From positions 711,417 through 775,416 of the forward strand of contig JBDRCX010000006.1 of the NCBI GenBank assembly GCA_043821365.1: a DNA stretch of 64,000 nt, in the 5' to 3' direction. The notes beneath the pieces are model-generated. The model worked only from the letters and a program-made list of their open reading frames with translations. It did not search any database and had not been told where the DNA came from. A program made the position numbers and the translations under genes. Below, piece by piece: positions 36,641-45,346 of the stretch. This DNA is from Candidatus Micrarchaeota archaeon (GTDB lineage Archaea; Micrarchaeota; Micrarchaeia; Anstonellales; Bilamarchaeaceae). Position 1 is the first letter of the stretch. Each line of letters starts with the position of its first letter.

Positions 36641-37687
36641 ATGAGAATTTTCTATGTATTGCTTTTAGCATTGTTTATATTTGGTTGCACTGAACCACCA
36701 ACTGATCTAAATCAATCAAACACTACAAATATTACAAATTGCACTGGTCCAGTCTGTGGTGTTGATGACATTACATATGCCACTGATTGTGATGCTGAAC
36801 AGGCAAACGTTTCTATTGCCTACAAAAAAGAATGTCTTGTTATAGAAACCTGTATGGATAGTGATGGTGGCCAGGTCATTGATATGGTCGGTACAATCTC
36901 ATTTGGTAATGAAACATATATGGATTATTGCATAAGTAACAGTCAACTTGGTGAATATGTTTGCGATGGGGGTGAAATATCTCTCATGGGTGTTAATTGC
37001 GGTGAAGGAAACATGTGTTTAGGTGGCATCTGCACCACAGATCCAAATTATCAAAATAATACTATCTACCAAGCATGTGTTGGCCCAACAGAAGTAGATC
37101 TTTTTTCATCTTCTAATGTGACATTTGAAGGAAAAACATATTCTGATAATTGTGTTGAATCCACTACTGTGAGAAAATATTTCTGTAATAATGATGCTCT
37201 TGATTCAACTATTCTTAATTGTGCTTCTGATTATTCTTGCAATTTAGGTAGATGTGAGCCAAAACAATACAGTTGTACTGATACTGATGGTACAAATCTA
37301 TCATCAAAAGGAAAAGTAACTGTTGTCTATGGTTCAATTATTTCATCTGAAAACTGGGATGAATGTGAGAATATCACTACTGTAGTTGAATATTCCTGTT
37401 CAGTGAATAACACCATGGTTTCAGAAAAGATTGATTGCGGGATAGGTTTCAAGTGCAATGCAGCAACCTGCGTTCCAAGTAAATGTAATGATAGTGATGG
37501 TGGGGTGAACATCTATAAAGTTGGGACTGTTGTCAAAGAAGAAGAATCAGAAACTGACTGGTGTGAAGGCCTACAGAAAATAAAAGAATTCACCTGTGTT
37601 GGCGACGATATAGTTTCCAAAACAATCAACTGTGGTGTTGGTTATTTCTGCGATGTTGATCATTGTGTTGAAGGTTCTGTTACATGA
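36641..37687 (+). CDS. Putative lipoprotein: Kazal-like module plus four ~65-aa six-Cys repeats
   Basis: Signal/lipobox-like LLLALFIFGC. CTGPVCGVDDITYATDC...C matches the Kazal core PVCG-x-D-x2-TY-x3-C. This is followed by four units of C-x-D-[ST]-D-G ... D-x-C ... E-[YF]-x-C ... C-x2-G-x2-C-x3-C. Confidence 0.7.
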   Translation: MRIFYVLLLALFIFGCTEPPTDLNQSNTTNITNCTGPVCGVDDITYATDCDAEQANVSIAYKKECLVIETCMDSDGGQVIDMVGTISFGNETYMDYCISNSQLGEYVCDGGEISLMGVNCGEGNMCLGGICTTDPNYQNNTIYQACVGPTEVDLFSSSNVTFEGKTYSDNCVESTTVRKYFCNNDALDSTILNCASDYSCNLGRCEPKQYSCTDTDGTNLSSKGKVTVVYGSIISSENWDECENITTVVEYSCSVNNTMVSEKIDCGIGFKCNAATCVPSKCNDSDGGVNIYKVGTVVKEEESETDWCEGLQKIKEFTCVGDDIVSKTINCGVGYFCDVDHCVEGSVT

Positions 37688-38322
37688 TTTTGAAGAATCT
37701 AGGTAACATCCTTAAACAAATGCAGTTTCTGGCAAAAAAAAGAAAAGCGCCAGTTATATCTGCAGAGGATTCAACAAAAGGAAACAAATTCAAGATACTT
37801 GTTTTTACAATGCTTTCAGCACGTACTAAAGATCAAACTACAATTGCGGTAGTAAATCGTCTTTTTTCACAAGCAAAAGGTCCTAAAGAAATTATTAAAT
37901 TAGGGCCGAAAAAACTTGAAAAAATTTTATATGGAGTTGGTTTTTACCGCGTTAAAACTAAGAATCTCTTGAAGATGTGTAATCTTTTAAAAGATGGCCA
38001 AGTTCCAGATAGTTTGGAAGATTTACTCAAAATCCCAGGGGTTGGAAGAAAAACTGCCAATATTGTTTTGGCCAGGGCATTTGGTAAAAATACTCTTGGT
38101 GTTGATGTGCATGTTCATCGAATTTCGAATCGTCTTGGTCTTGTTAAAACAAAAAAACCAGAAGAAACTGAAGAAAAACTTATGAAAATTATTCCTGATA
38201 AATATATTAGGAAACTGAACAAAACATTTGTTTCTTTTGGTCAAACTGTCTGTCTGCCAAGAAATCCTGATTGTTTAAATTGTCCAATTTCTGATTGTTG
38301 TCCAAAAATAGGAATTTTTTGA
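37684..38322 (+). CDS. nth: Endonuclease III
   Basis: HhH-GPD motif LLKIPGVGRKTANIVL and an Fe-S cluster motif C-x6-C-x2-C-x5-C (CLPRNPDCLNCPISDCC). Confidence 0.9.
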   Translation: MILKNLGNILKQMQFLAKKRKAPVISAEDSTKGNKFKILVFTMLSARTKDQTTIAVVNRLFSQAKGPKEIIKLGPKKLEKILYGVGFYRVKTKNLLKMCNLLKDGQVPDSLEDLLKIPGVGRKTANIVLARAFGKNTLGVDVHVHRISNRLGLVKTKKPEETEEKLMKIIPDKYIRKLNKTFVSFGQTVCLPRNPDCLNCPISDCCPKIGIF

Positions 38323-38436
38323 TTATCTTGAACGTTTCGACGTTCAAGGACATGTCCAAAAATAGGAAGGACAAATTATTGAAATTTGTCCTGTTTGTAA
38401 CTTATCAAATTTACAATACAATTAAAAAATAAAAAA

Positions 38437-39360
38437 TTATTTAGATTTTTTCTTTGGCAATGGTGTTATCCCAGCTGTTTCAGATATTATTGCTGAAATA
38501 TCTGTACCTTCTGCAATGATGTACTTTGTGTTTTCACTCAATGAGTTCTGGGCAACCTGTAATTTCTTCAATGTTTGTGCGTCTCCTTTGAAATATTTCT
38601 GTGCAGCTTCATTCACAAGTTGAATTGCTTTTGCTTCTGCCTGAGCTTTCATCTCAACTGCATGCGCATCTGCCAAAGCTCTCAGTTCTATTGATTTTGC
38701 GTCTCCCTCGGCAACTTTTATTGCAGATCTTCGTTCACCATCTGCTCTTGTTTCTACTGCAGAAGCAAGATCAACAGCAGCAATTTTCTCATTTTCTGCT
38801 TTAACAACATTGTTCATTGCTTGCTGAACATCGTGTGGTGGGTCTATTCTTTGAAGTTCAACTCTGATAATGTTAACTCCCCACTGATTAGTTTCTTTAT
38901 CTAGTTGGTTTTCTACCTCTGTGTTTATTCGTTGTCTGTTTTCATTTGCTTCTGTAAGTGTCATCTTACCCATAAGAGCCCTAAGTGTTGTCTGTGCAAG
39001 TGATGGAATTGCGGTTCTGTAATTATCTATTTGGTAAACTGCCTTATTTATGTCGTCTATTTTGTAATAAACAATTGCATCAACCACTGCATTAAGATTA
39101 TCTTTTGTAATGACTGTTTGTTGGTCAACATCAACTCTCATCTCAGTTGTTGGAACTTTTATCACATTCTCAACAAATGGTATTACCACCAAAAGTCCTG
39201 GATCTGCGAGTCTATTAAATTTACCAAATCTTTCTACAAGTGCCTTTTCCACTGGTCTTATTATTCTAAGTCCAGCAAAGAGCAAGAAAACTAATAAAAC
39301 TAAACCCCCCATCAAAAGTACTGGTAGACAAGCTCCCAAACCTAATAATTCGACTGCCAT
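38437..39360 (-). CDS. SPFH/band-7 (stomatin/prohibitin-like) membrane protein
   Basis: N-terminal TM, then RIIRPVEKALVERFGKF ... and a coiled Ala/Glu-rich C-terminus. Confidence 0.85.
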   Translation of the reverse strand: MAVELLGLGACLPVLLMGGLVLLVFLLFAGLRIIRPVEKALVERFGKFNRLADPGLLVVIPFVENVIKVPTTEMRVDVDQQTVITKDNLNAVVDAIVYYKIDDINKAVYQIDNYRTAIPSLAQTTLRALMGKMTLTEANENRQRINTEVENQLDKETNQWGVNIIRVELQRIDPPHDVQQAMNNVVKAENEKIAAVDLASAVETRADGERRSAIKVAEGDAKSIELRALADAHAVEMKAQAEAKAIQLVNEAAQKYFKGDAQTLKKLQVAQNSLSENTKYIIAEGTDISAIISETAGITPLPKKKSK

Positions 39361-39385
39361 ATTTGATCTATGGCATATTGATTAT

Positions 39386-40285
39386 TTAAATTATACTAGT
39401 TGCAAAAGAATCGAACTTTTTTTCTGTTAATTTTACTGCTATTTTTTTTGCATGGTCTTGGTCTTTAGCAAGTGCAATGCAGCACCCTCCTCCTCCTCCA
39501 CCAGTTACCTTTGCACCCAAAGCACCTTCTTCTATTGCTATTTTATTTATCTCATCATTTTTTTCATTGGAAACTCCTATTTCTGATAAAAGTTTCTGAT
39601 TATTGTTCATAAGAATTCCAATCTTTTCTAAACTGCCGTCTTCAATGGCCTTTTTTCCTTGAGCTTCAATATCCAAATATTCATCCAAAAGTTGCTGAAA
39701 TTGTTCCCCATCATCATCCTTTAATTTTTGAACTCCTGCAACCATTTTTGCGGTTTCACTATATTTTCCGCTAAAAGCAATTACAATGTCTAATGTTTTT
39801 TTTGGTTTTAAGAATGTTAATCTGTTTTCATTTGAAGCATTTCCTCTTATATATTCTGCAATACCTCCATATGTTGCTATGGTATTGTCTACTCCACTTG
39901 GATTTCCGTGAAAAGCTTTTTCTCCATCATAAGCATGTTTGTTTATCTGTTCATCAGTTAGCTTTAGCTTTTTCTCATCTGCAAATGCCCTTACCATACC
40001 AACACAAAAAGCTGCAGACGATCCAAGGCCTCCATATGTTGGAAGGTCACCCGTAAGATGAACGTGGTATTTTTCCTTGATATTCATACTTTCAATAACT
40101 GCGTTTATACCACCCAAACTCATATCTGGCACAACTACCATTTTTGTTATTATTTTGTTTTCATTTGCTTTATCAACTTTAACAATTGCTTTGTTTGCTA
40201 TCCCTCCTGCTATTGCAGGTGCTCCATGAACAACAAAGTGCTCACCAAAAAGAATTACTTTACCATGGCCAGTACCTTCTCCCAA
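39386..40285 (-). CDS. mvk: Mevalonate kinase
   Basis: GHGKVILFGEHFVVHG, PTYGGLGSSAA and KVTGGGGGG are GHMP kinase motifs. Confidence 0.9.
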   Translation of the reverse strand: MGEGTGHGKVILFGEHFVVHGAPAIAGGIANKAIVKVDKANENKIITKMVVVPDMSLGGINAVIESMNIKEKYHVHLTGDLPTYGGLGSSAAFCVGMVRAFADEKKLKLTDEQINKHAYDGEKAFHGNPSGVDNTIATYGGIAEYIRGNASNENRLTFLKPKKTLDIVIAFSGKYSETAKMVAGVQKLKDDDGEQFQQLLDEYLDIEAQGKKAIEDGSLEKIGILMNNNQKLLSEIGVSNEKNDEINKIAIEEGALGAKVTGGGGGGCCIALAKDQDHAKKIAVKLTEKKFDSFATSII

Positions 40286-40289
40286 AAAT

Positions 40290-41069
40290 TCACCCTTTCG
40301 GTTTCCTGCCCTTTACTTTTGGTGGTTTAATGTCTGGGTGTGCGTCGGTAAGCATTCCAGGACTTGCATATGGTTTGTATCCAATAGTTTCAAAGACTTT
40401 GCAAATAAGGTAGGCATCTTCAGGACCGTTTGTTAATTTTGGTTCCAGCTCCTTTAATGCAACAAGAAGATTTGTGTATGCTTTTCGTTTTCCTTTTGTT
40501 ACATTTTCAACTAGGGTGTCATCCTTATTGATGCCAGCAAACTCAAATGCTTTATTCACTATGGAATGATTAACTCCAGATAAAATAGCAGAAACTTCGT
40601 AATCTTGAACTTTTTCTATTCCTAATTTTTTTACTGAAACCCATTCATTGTATTTCCCCATAAATCCGATGAAATCTTCTATTTTTTCATTAGCTGGTTT
40701 TGGTGCATTTGTTGGCATTATTTTGAATTGTACATTTGCTTGCGTAAGTAGTTTATTGAATAAATAACACTCAGCAACACAAATTAGTTTTGGATTATCT
40801 ACACAAGTTCCAAGTGTATCTCTTAGTTTTGCTGCATTTTCAATAAATTCAATAACTGCTTTCAAACCAGTTCCTTTTAGTTTCACCATCTCATCTATTT
40901 TTTTGGTATTAATACCTGAAAATTCATATGCTGGTTGTTCTATGTTTGAACTGATAAAAGCAAGAACCTGTGCAACTTCTTTTGGTTCTTTATCTTTAAG
41001 GTCAAATGCAACACCCAATCGAAATCCCTTATATTCTCCCGTAAATATCACTTCATTTTTTCCATACAT
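40290..41069 (-). CDS. Hypothetical protein, apparently co-transcribed upstream of mvk
   Basis: 259-aa ORF ending 4 nt before the mvk start. Basic C-terminal tail KPPKVKGRKPKG. No motif recognised. Confidence 0.5.
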   Translation of the reverse strand: MYGKNEVIFTGEYKGFRLGVAFDLKDKEPKEVAQVLAFISSNIEQPAYEFSGINTKKIDEMVKLKGTGLKAVIEFIENAAKLRDTLGTCVDNPKLICVAECYLFNKLLTQANVQFKIMPTNAPKPANEKIEDFIGFMGKYNEWVSVKKLGIEKVQDYEVSAILSGVNHSIVNKAFEFAGINKDDTLVENVTKGKRKAYTNLLVALKELEPKLTNGPEDAYLICKVFETIGYKPYASPGMLTDAHPDIKPPKVKGRKPKG

Positions 41070-41130
41070 ATTGATAACCCAGAATTTCTTATCTAAATAA
41101 GTTATTAAAGCTTAAATCAAAACTAACTAC

Positions 41131-42321
41131 ATGCGCAGAAGAATGCACATGGTTCAGATTAAAAAACCTCCATCTCCTCCAACACTGATAGGTAAGGCAT
41201 ATTCACCCGAAATGATCCAAAAACTTGTCTCAGAACTTTCCAGTGGAAGTTCTGATAGAGAAATAAAAGCATTTAGCGAGTTTGTAGATCATCAGGAGCA
41301 AGTCTTTTCAAGTATTTCAGATATTCCAGATCTTACAAATACTGAAGTTATTGAACTAATTCTTGCAACTGTTATGCGTTATGATGATGAGATTATAAAA
41401 AATCTGGAAGCTGAAAAAAAGAAAAAACAACTCCAATTCCTTGCAACTACTCCATATATTCCATTTCCAATACAAGAAAAAGCAAAAGCAGCAGTAAAGC
41501 GTTTGCACACTGGAAAATTTCAAGAAAAAGTTACAATTCCTCCTCTGCATGTTAATACATACAGTCCTAAAAGAGTAGAATTACTTGTGCAAAATTTGAA
41601 TTCAGAAAGAAAAGAACAAAAAATTCCAGCAGCAGTTGAATTTATTCATAATTATCCCCGTATTACTCCAACAGTTTCAAAAATGCCAATGCTCACCGTA
41701 ACCCAGGTGACTACAAAAGCAATCGAAATCATAGATCAAAATCCAAAGGAAGTTATACGTATAATGGTAAGTAAAAAAATGGTTTCTGAATTGTTTTTTC
41801 TGGCTTCCCTTTCTCAAGCGCCACCTAAAATCAGAGATATGGCTAGAAAAGCAGCAGAGACTCTACAATTAAAGTTACGTTTGCCTTCTCAAAAACCGCC
41901 AACCCAAATGCCAAAACAAAGTCCAAAGCCTACAGATGTACGAGTTCAAACACTGAAATTACAAAAATCTTATATGCCATTGGAATTGGAAGCTTTAGTT
42001 AGTGGTCTTGGAAGTGTGGAGAGTGTCAGGTCAGTAAAAGCAGCGATAGAATTTTTGAAAAACTATCAAATTATAGCTGAGACAATTGCTAAAACACCAC
42101 AGATTACTATAACTGAGGTTACTACTAAAGTCGCACAAGTAGTTGATAATAACCTAGACGTGATCCTCAAAGAATTGGAAAGACAAAAAGCAGTTCATGC
42201 GGTGAATTTCTTAGCAAATTCTGAAAAGTTTTCAATGGCAGTACGAGAGCAAGCAAAGAAATTATTGGAAAGAATGCAGAACCCATTTTACACTGCGAAA
42301 AAAAGTGCTGAGAAAAAGTAA
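41131..42321 (+). CDS. Hypothetical protein made of three ~105-aa tandem repeats
   Basis: The repeats begin YSPEMIQKLVSEL, YSPKRVELLVQNL and YMPLELEALVSGL. Each continues with a conserved A-x-EF-[IL]-x-N-Y ... T-x-T-[EQ]-V-T-T-K and ends with A+KAA/LL-E. Confidence 0.6.
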   Translation: MRRRMHMVQIKKPPSPPTLIGKAYSPEMIQKLVSELSSGSSDREIKAFSEFVDHQEQVFSSISDIPDLTNTEVIELILATVMRYDDEIIKNLEAEKKKKQLQFLATTPYIPFPIQEKAKAAVKRLHTGKFQEKVTIPPLHVNTYSPKRVELLVQNLNSERKEQKIPAAVEFIHNYPRITPTVSKMPMLTVTQVTTKAIEIIDQNPKEVIRIMVSKKMVSELFFLASLSQAPPKIRDMARKAAETLQLKLRLPSQKPPTQMPKQSPKPTDVRVQTLKLQKSYMPLELEALVSGLGSVESVRSVKAAIEFLKNYQIIAETIAKTPQITITEVTTKVAQVVDNNLDVILKELERQKAVHAVNFLANSEKFSMAVREQAKKLLERMQNPFYTAKKSAEKK

Positions 42322-42354
42322 TTATAAATGTGATCTATCATTACTTTCAACTAC

Positions 42355-42582
42355 GCCCCTGTAGCGCAGTCCGCTTTTTAGGAAAAAGCTTGGCAAAAAC
42401 TGGTTGTTGTTTTTGTAGTTTTCTAATAAAAAGCAGGTGTTAAGGTAGCGCGCGTCCTTGGTATCGCACCTTTTTTCAAAAAGGTGCGCCAAAAACTTTT
42501 GTAAATAGTGACCCAGTTTTGGGCCGCCTTTTACCAAAAGGCGGAGAGGACGAGGCCGCGAGTTCAATTCTCGCCGGGGGCT
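42355..42582 (+). tRNA. tRNA-Thr(GGU) with two introns (D-loop ~70 nt, canonical 37/38 position 83 nt)
   Basis: Read: GCCCCTG TA GCGC AGT [42371-42440] TAAGGTA GCGC G CGTCC TTGGTA [42464-42546] A GGACG AGGCC GCGAG TTCAATT CTCGC CGGGGGC T. The exons sum to 75 nt and all four stems pair. Confidence 0.75.
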
Positions 42583-42592
42583 TCTTATTGTT

Positions 42593-42614
42593 TGTGGAAA
42601 CCACGGTTTCCACA
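42593..42614. terminator. 10-bp palindromic hairpin TGTGGAAACC-ac-GGTTTCCACA downstream of tRNA-Thr
   Basis: Perfect inverted repeat 11 nt after the tRNA 3' end. Confidence 0.4.
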
Positions 42615-42685
42615 CCTTTCGTTATCCTTTGGCTAGCACCCTCAGATCGTCTCTAATCATTTATGGCTATTTAGCTATATTTATA

Positions 42686-42703
42686 AATTAGGTGCACCTA
42701 ATT
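42686..42703. promoter_or_regulatory. 18-bp perfect palindrome AATTAGGTGCACCTAATT, candidate DtxR/MntR operator
   Basis: Lies between the TATA-like tatatttataaa (about 42678-42689) and the ATG at 42710 of the DtxR-family gene. The half-site TTAGGT resembles DtxR-box half-sites. Confidence 0.5.
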
Positions 42704-42709
42704 CCGCTC

Positions 42710-43090
42710 ATGAAGCATAGTAAGCAGGTTAGTGCCAGTATTGATGAATATATCGAAGAAATGTATCGCTGCAATCTAAACAAAAAACCAATCACCACTA
42801 AAAATCTAGCTCAAAAATTAAAAATATCAATGCCATCAGTAAGTGAAATGCTTCCTAAATTAAGAGAAAGAAACCTCATATTATACCAACCAAGAAAAGA
42901 AATCAAACTTACCAAAAAAGGGAAAAAATTAGGCTTAAATATATATAAAAAACACGAAACAATAAAGAAATTTTTTATAATGCTCGGACTTGGGAAAAAG
43001 AAAGCAACAGAGCAGGCATGTAGAATTGAACACGAACTTAGTGATGTGGCACTTAAGAAACTCGAACTTTTTTTGAAAAAATTAAAATAG
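42710..43090 (+). CDS. DtxR/MntR-family metal-dependent transcriptional repressor
   Basis: IDEYIEEMYR ... TTKNLAQKLKISMPSVSEMLPKLRERNLI ... LTKKG ... RIEHELS. The ATG at 42710 is preferred over the GTG at 42692. Confidence 0.85.
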   Translation: MKHSKQVSASIDEYIEEMYRCNLNKKPITTKNLAQKLKISMPSVSEMLPKLRERNLILYQPRKEIKLTKKGKKLGLNIYKKHETIKKFFIMLGLGKKKATEQACRIEHELSDVALKKLELFLKKLK

Positions 43091-43098
43091 GTGTTGCA

Positions 43099-43314
43099 TT
43101 GAACCTGCTTGATGTGAAAGAAGGAATAGAATTATCTGTAAAAAAAGTTGATGGGGGTCAGGCTCTCTCACTTCGATTAAGTGAGCTTGGAATCTTTGAA
43201 GGTTCAAAGATCAAAGTTCTGAAAAACAAAAGGGGTCCAGTTATCTTGTGTGTCTTCGGATCAACACTTGCAATTGGAAGAGGCCAGGCAAAAAAGATAG
43301 AGGTAAGCAAATGA
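43099..43314 (+). CDS. feoA: Ferrous iron transport protein A
   Basis: FeoA SH3-like pattern LSLRLSELGIFEGSKIKVL. TTG start with AGGTG upstream. Confidence 0.85.
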   Translation: MNLLDVKEGIELSVKKVDGGQALSLRLSELGIFEGSKIKVLKNKRGPVILCVFGSTLAIGRGQAKKIEVSK

Positions 43315-45104
43315 TTCGTGTTGCATTGCTTGGGAATCCAAATGTTGGAAAATCAAGTCTATTCAATTCATTAACTGGTCAGAAACAGAAAGTTGCCAAC
43401 TGGCCAGGAAAAACAATAGAATGCAAAAAAGGAATTTGCAAGGTTGGAGGTGACGACATTGAAATTTTCGACCTTCCTGGAACATATAGCCTTTCTCCAT
43501 TCTCAGATGATGAAAAAATTGTTGATGAAACATTAAAATCAGTTGATTTTGATGTTATTATACAAATTGCAGACAGTTCCAATATTGAAAGAAATCTTTA
43601 CCTTACTCTTGAACTTCTAGAAAGAACCAGGAAAGTGGTTGTAGCATTGAATATGGATGACATTGCGACTAAAGAAGGGATGAAAATAGACGAAAAAAAA
43701 CTTTCAAAAATTTTTGGAATTGATTTTGTAAAGATAGATGCAAGAAAGAAAAATACACTCGGTAATCTTTTGTTGCATGCAATTAACGTTGCCAAACATC
43801 CAAAATCAAAATCAGAAGCGTTACAGTCACCCAAAGCCCGTTACAAACTTATACAAAAAGCAGTGCAGGAATCAGTCAGCTGCAAATCAAAAATAAATGA
43901 AAATTGGTTTGATAAAATTGCACTTAACCAGTATCTTGGTCCGATTCTTTTCCTTCTAATAATGTTTTCTGTTTTCCATCTAACATTTATTCTATCAGAA
44001 CCATTGTCTGTTCTTGTTGATTTTGTTTGGGGATTACCCACATCGTATTTTGTTGAAATCATAGAGTCAATAGATTCTCTTCCTAACTGGATCGTGTCTC
44101 TATTGGAAGATGGAATTATTGCAGGTGTTGGTAGTATAATCTCTTTTTTCCCACCGATTGCAGTAATGATGTTCCTTCTTTATTTTCTTGAAGACTCAGG
44201 ATATTTGGCACGGGCAGTTGTCGTCTTAGACAGTCTCTTGAAAAAATTTGGGCTTGGAGGAAAAGCGTTTATACCTCTTCTTCTTGGTACAGGATGCAAT
44301 GTCCCTGCAATCATGGCTACAAGAATTATAAAAGACACGAAAACAAAGCTTATTACGATATTCAGTATCCCTTTTATGTCTTGTTCTGCACGTTTACCTG
44401 TTTATGTTCTTTTTGCAGGTGTATTCTTCCCAAATAATGAGGCAAACATAATATTCTTCATGTATATTCTTGGTTTTGTTGTTGCAATTTTGAATGCATT
44501 ACTCCTGAAAACATTTGTGTTCAAGAAAGAAGATGAAGAGCTTTTAATTGAACTTCCAAAATATCATTGGCCATACCTAAAGAATCTTTTTATCGAGACA
44601 AAGATGAGCGTAGAACATTTTGCTAGAAGAGCAGGTACAGTTATCCTCATCGCATCAGTTGCGATCTGGTTTCTTTCCAGTGCTCCATATGGTGTTGATT
44701 ACGGTTCAAAGGAAAGTGTTGCAGGTATCATAGGCAGTACAATTGCACCACTATTCTCTCCACTTGGTTTTGATTCATGGCAGTCTGGTCTTGCATTATT
44801 CAATGGAATGGTTGCCAAGGAAATAGTTATAAGTTCATTTGCAACGACTTATGGTGTTGGTGAAGAAGCTGAACTCTCCTCTTTGATATTACAAGATTTT
44901 AGTACACCTTCTGCATTGGCATTTATGGTTTTTGTTCTCTTATACGTTCCATGTTTTGCTGCTATGGGAACCATAAAGAGCGAAACAAAGTCATGGAAAA
45001 TGACTATATTATCCGCAATCTACTATATTGTTGTTGCATATGGAATCTCATTTCTGATATATTCTTTAGCCTTGAATTTCTGGGGTGATTTTAATGGATT
45101 ATGA
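43311..45104 (+). CDS. feoB: Ferrous iron transport protein B
   Basis: MIRVALLGNPNVGKSSLFNSLTG (G1), DLPGTYS (G3), then a polytopic gate domain. The ORF track start at 43248 overlaps feoA. Confidence 0.95.
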   Translation: MIRVALLGNPNVGKSSLFNSLTGQKQKVANWPGKTIECKKGICKVGGDDIEIFDLPGTYSLSPFSDDEKIVDETLKSVDFDVIIQIADSSNIERNLYLTLELLERTRKVVVALNMDDIATKEGMKIDEKKLSKIFGIDFVKIDARKKNTLGNLLLHAINVAKHPKSKSEALQSPKARYKLIQKAVQESVSCKSKINENWFDKIALNQYLGPILFLLIMFSVFHLTFILSEPLSVLVDFVWGLPTSYFVEIIESIDSLPNWIVSLLEDGIIAGVGSIISFFPPIAVMMFLLYFLEDSGYLARAVVVLDSLLKKFGLGGKAFIPLLLGTGCNVPAIMATRIIKDTKTKLITIFSIPFMSCSARLPVYVLFAGVFFPNNEANIIFFMYILGFVVAILNALLLKTFVFKKEDEELLIELPKYHWPYLKNLFIETKMSVEHFARRAGTVILIASVAIWFLSSAPYGVDYGSKESVAGIIGSTIAPLFSPLGFDSWQSGLALFNGMVAKEIVISSFATTYGVGEEAELSSLILQDFSTPSALAFMVFVLLYVPCFAAMGTIKSETKSWKMTILSAIYYIVVAYGISFLIYSLALNFWGDFNGL

Positions 45105-45246
45105 GATTATTTCATTCTATGTGTTTGGATCTGTTATTCTCCTACTCATAATCTTTTATGTGAGGGGGTCTCTTTTCAAATATGGAAGTTGTAGTGGATG
45201 TCCATCTAGTGGAAATTGTATCATCGAGAAAAAATTCAAATCATAA
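45094..45246 (+). CDS. FeoB-associated Cys-rich small membrane protein (50 aa)
   Basis: Manual translation: MDYEIISFYVFGSVILLLIIFYVRGSLFKYGSCSGCPSSGNCIIEKKFKS. One TM plus a C-x2-C-x5-C cluster. Overlaps the feoB end by 11 nt. Confidence 0.6.
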   Translation: MDYEIISFYVFGSVILLLIIFYVRGSLFKYGSCSGCPSSGNCIIEKKFKS

Positions 45247-45252
45247 TCTTTC

Positions 45253-45277
45253 GTCACCTGTCGTTTCGAAAGGTGAC
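45253..45277. terminator. Hairpin GTCACCT-gtcgtttcgaa-AGGTGAC after the feo operon
   Basis: 7-bp inverted repeat followed by a TATA-like atttataaat (45281-45290) for the acn operon. Confidence 0.4.
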
Positions 45278-45346
45278 AACATTTATAAATTACCAATTCA
45301 ATCTTGTACTCTAATTCTAATACCATCAGATTAATGGCGGGATTTA

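Noticed and set aside
42322-42615. ORF 42322-42615 (-), 97 aa
   Set aside because: It is antisense to tRNA-Thr and its introns. The same reasoning applies to 53584-53769 (-) over tRNA-Arg and 58369-58596 (-) over the hairpin-rich region.
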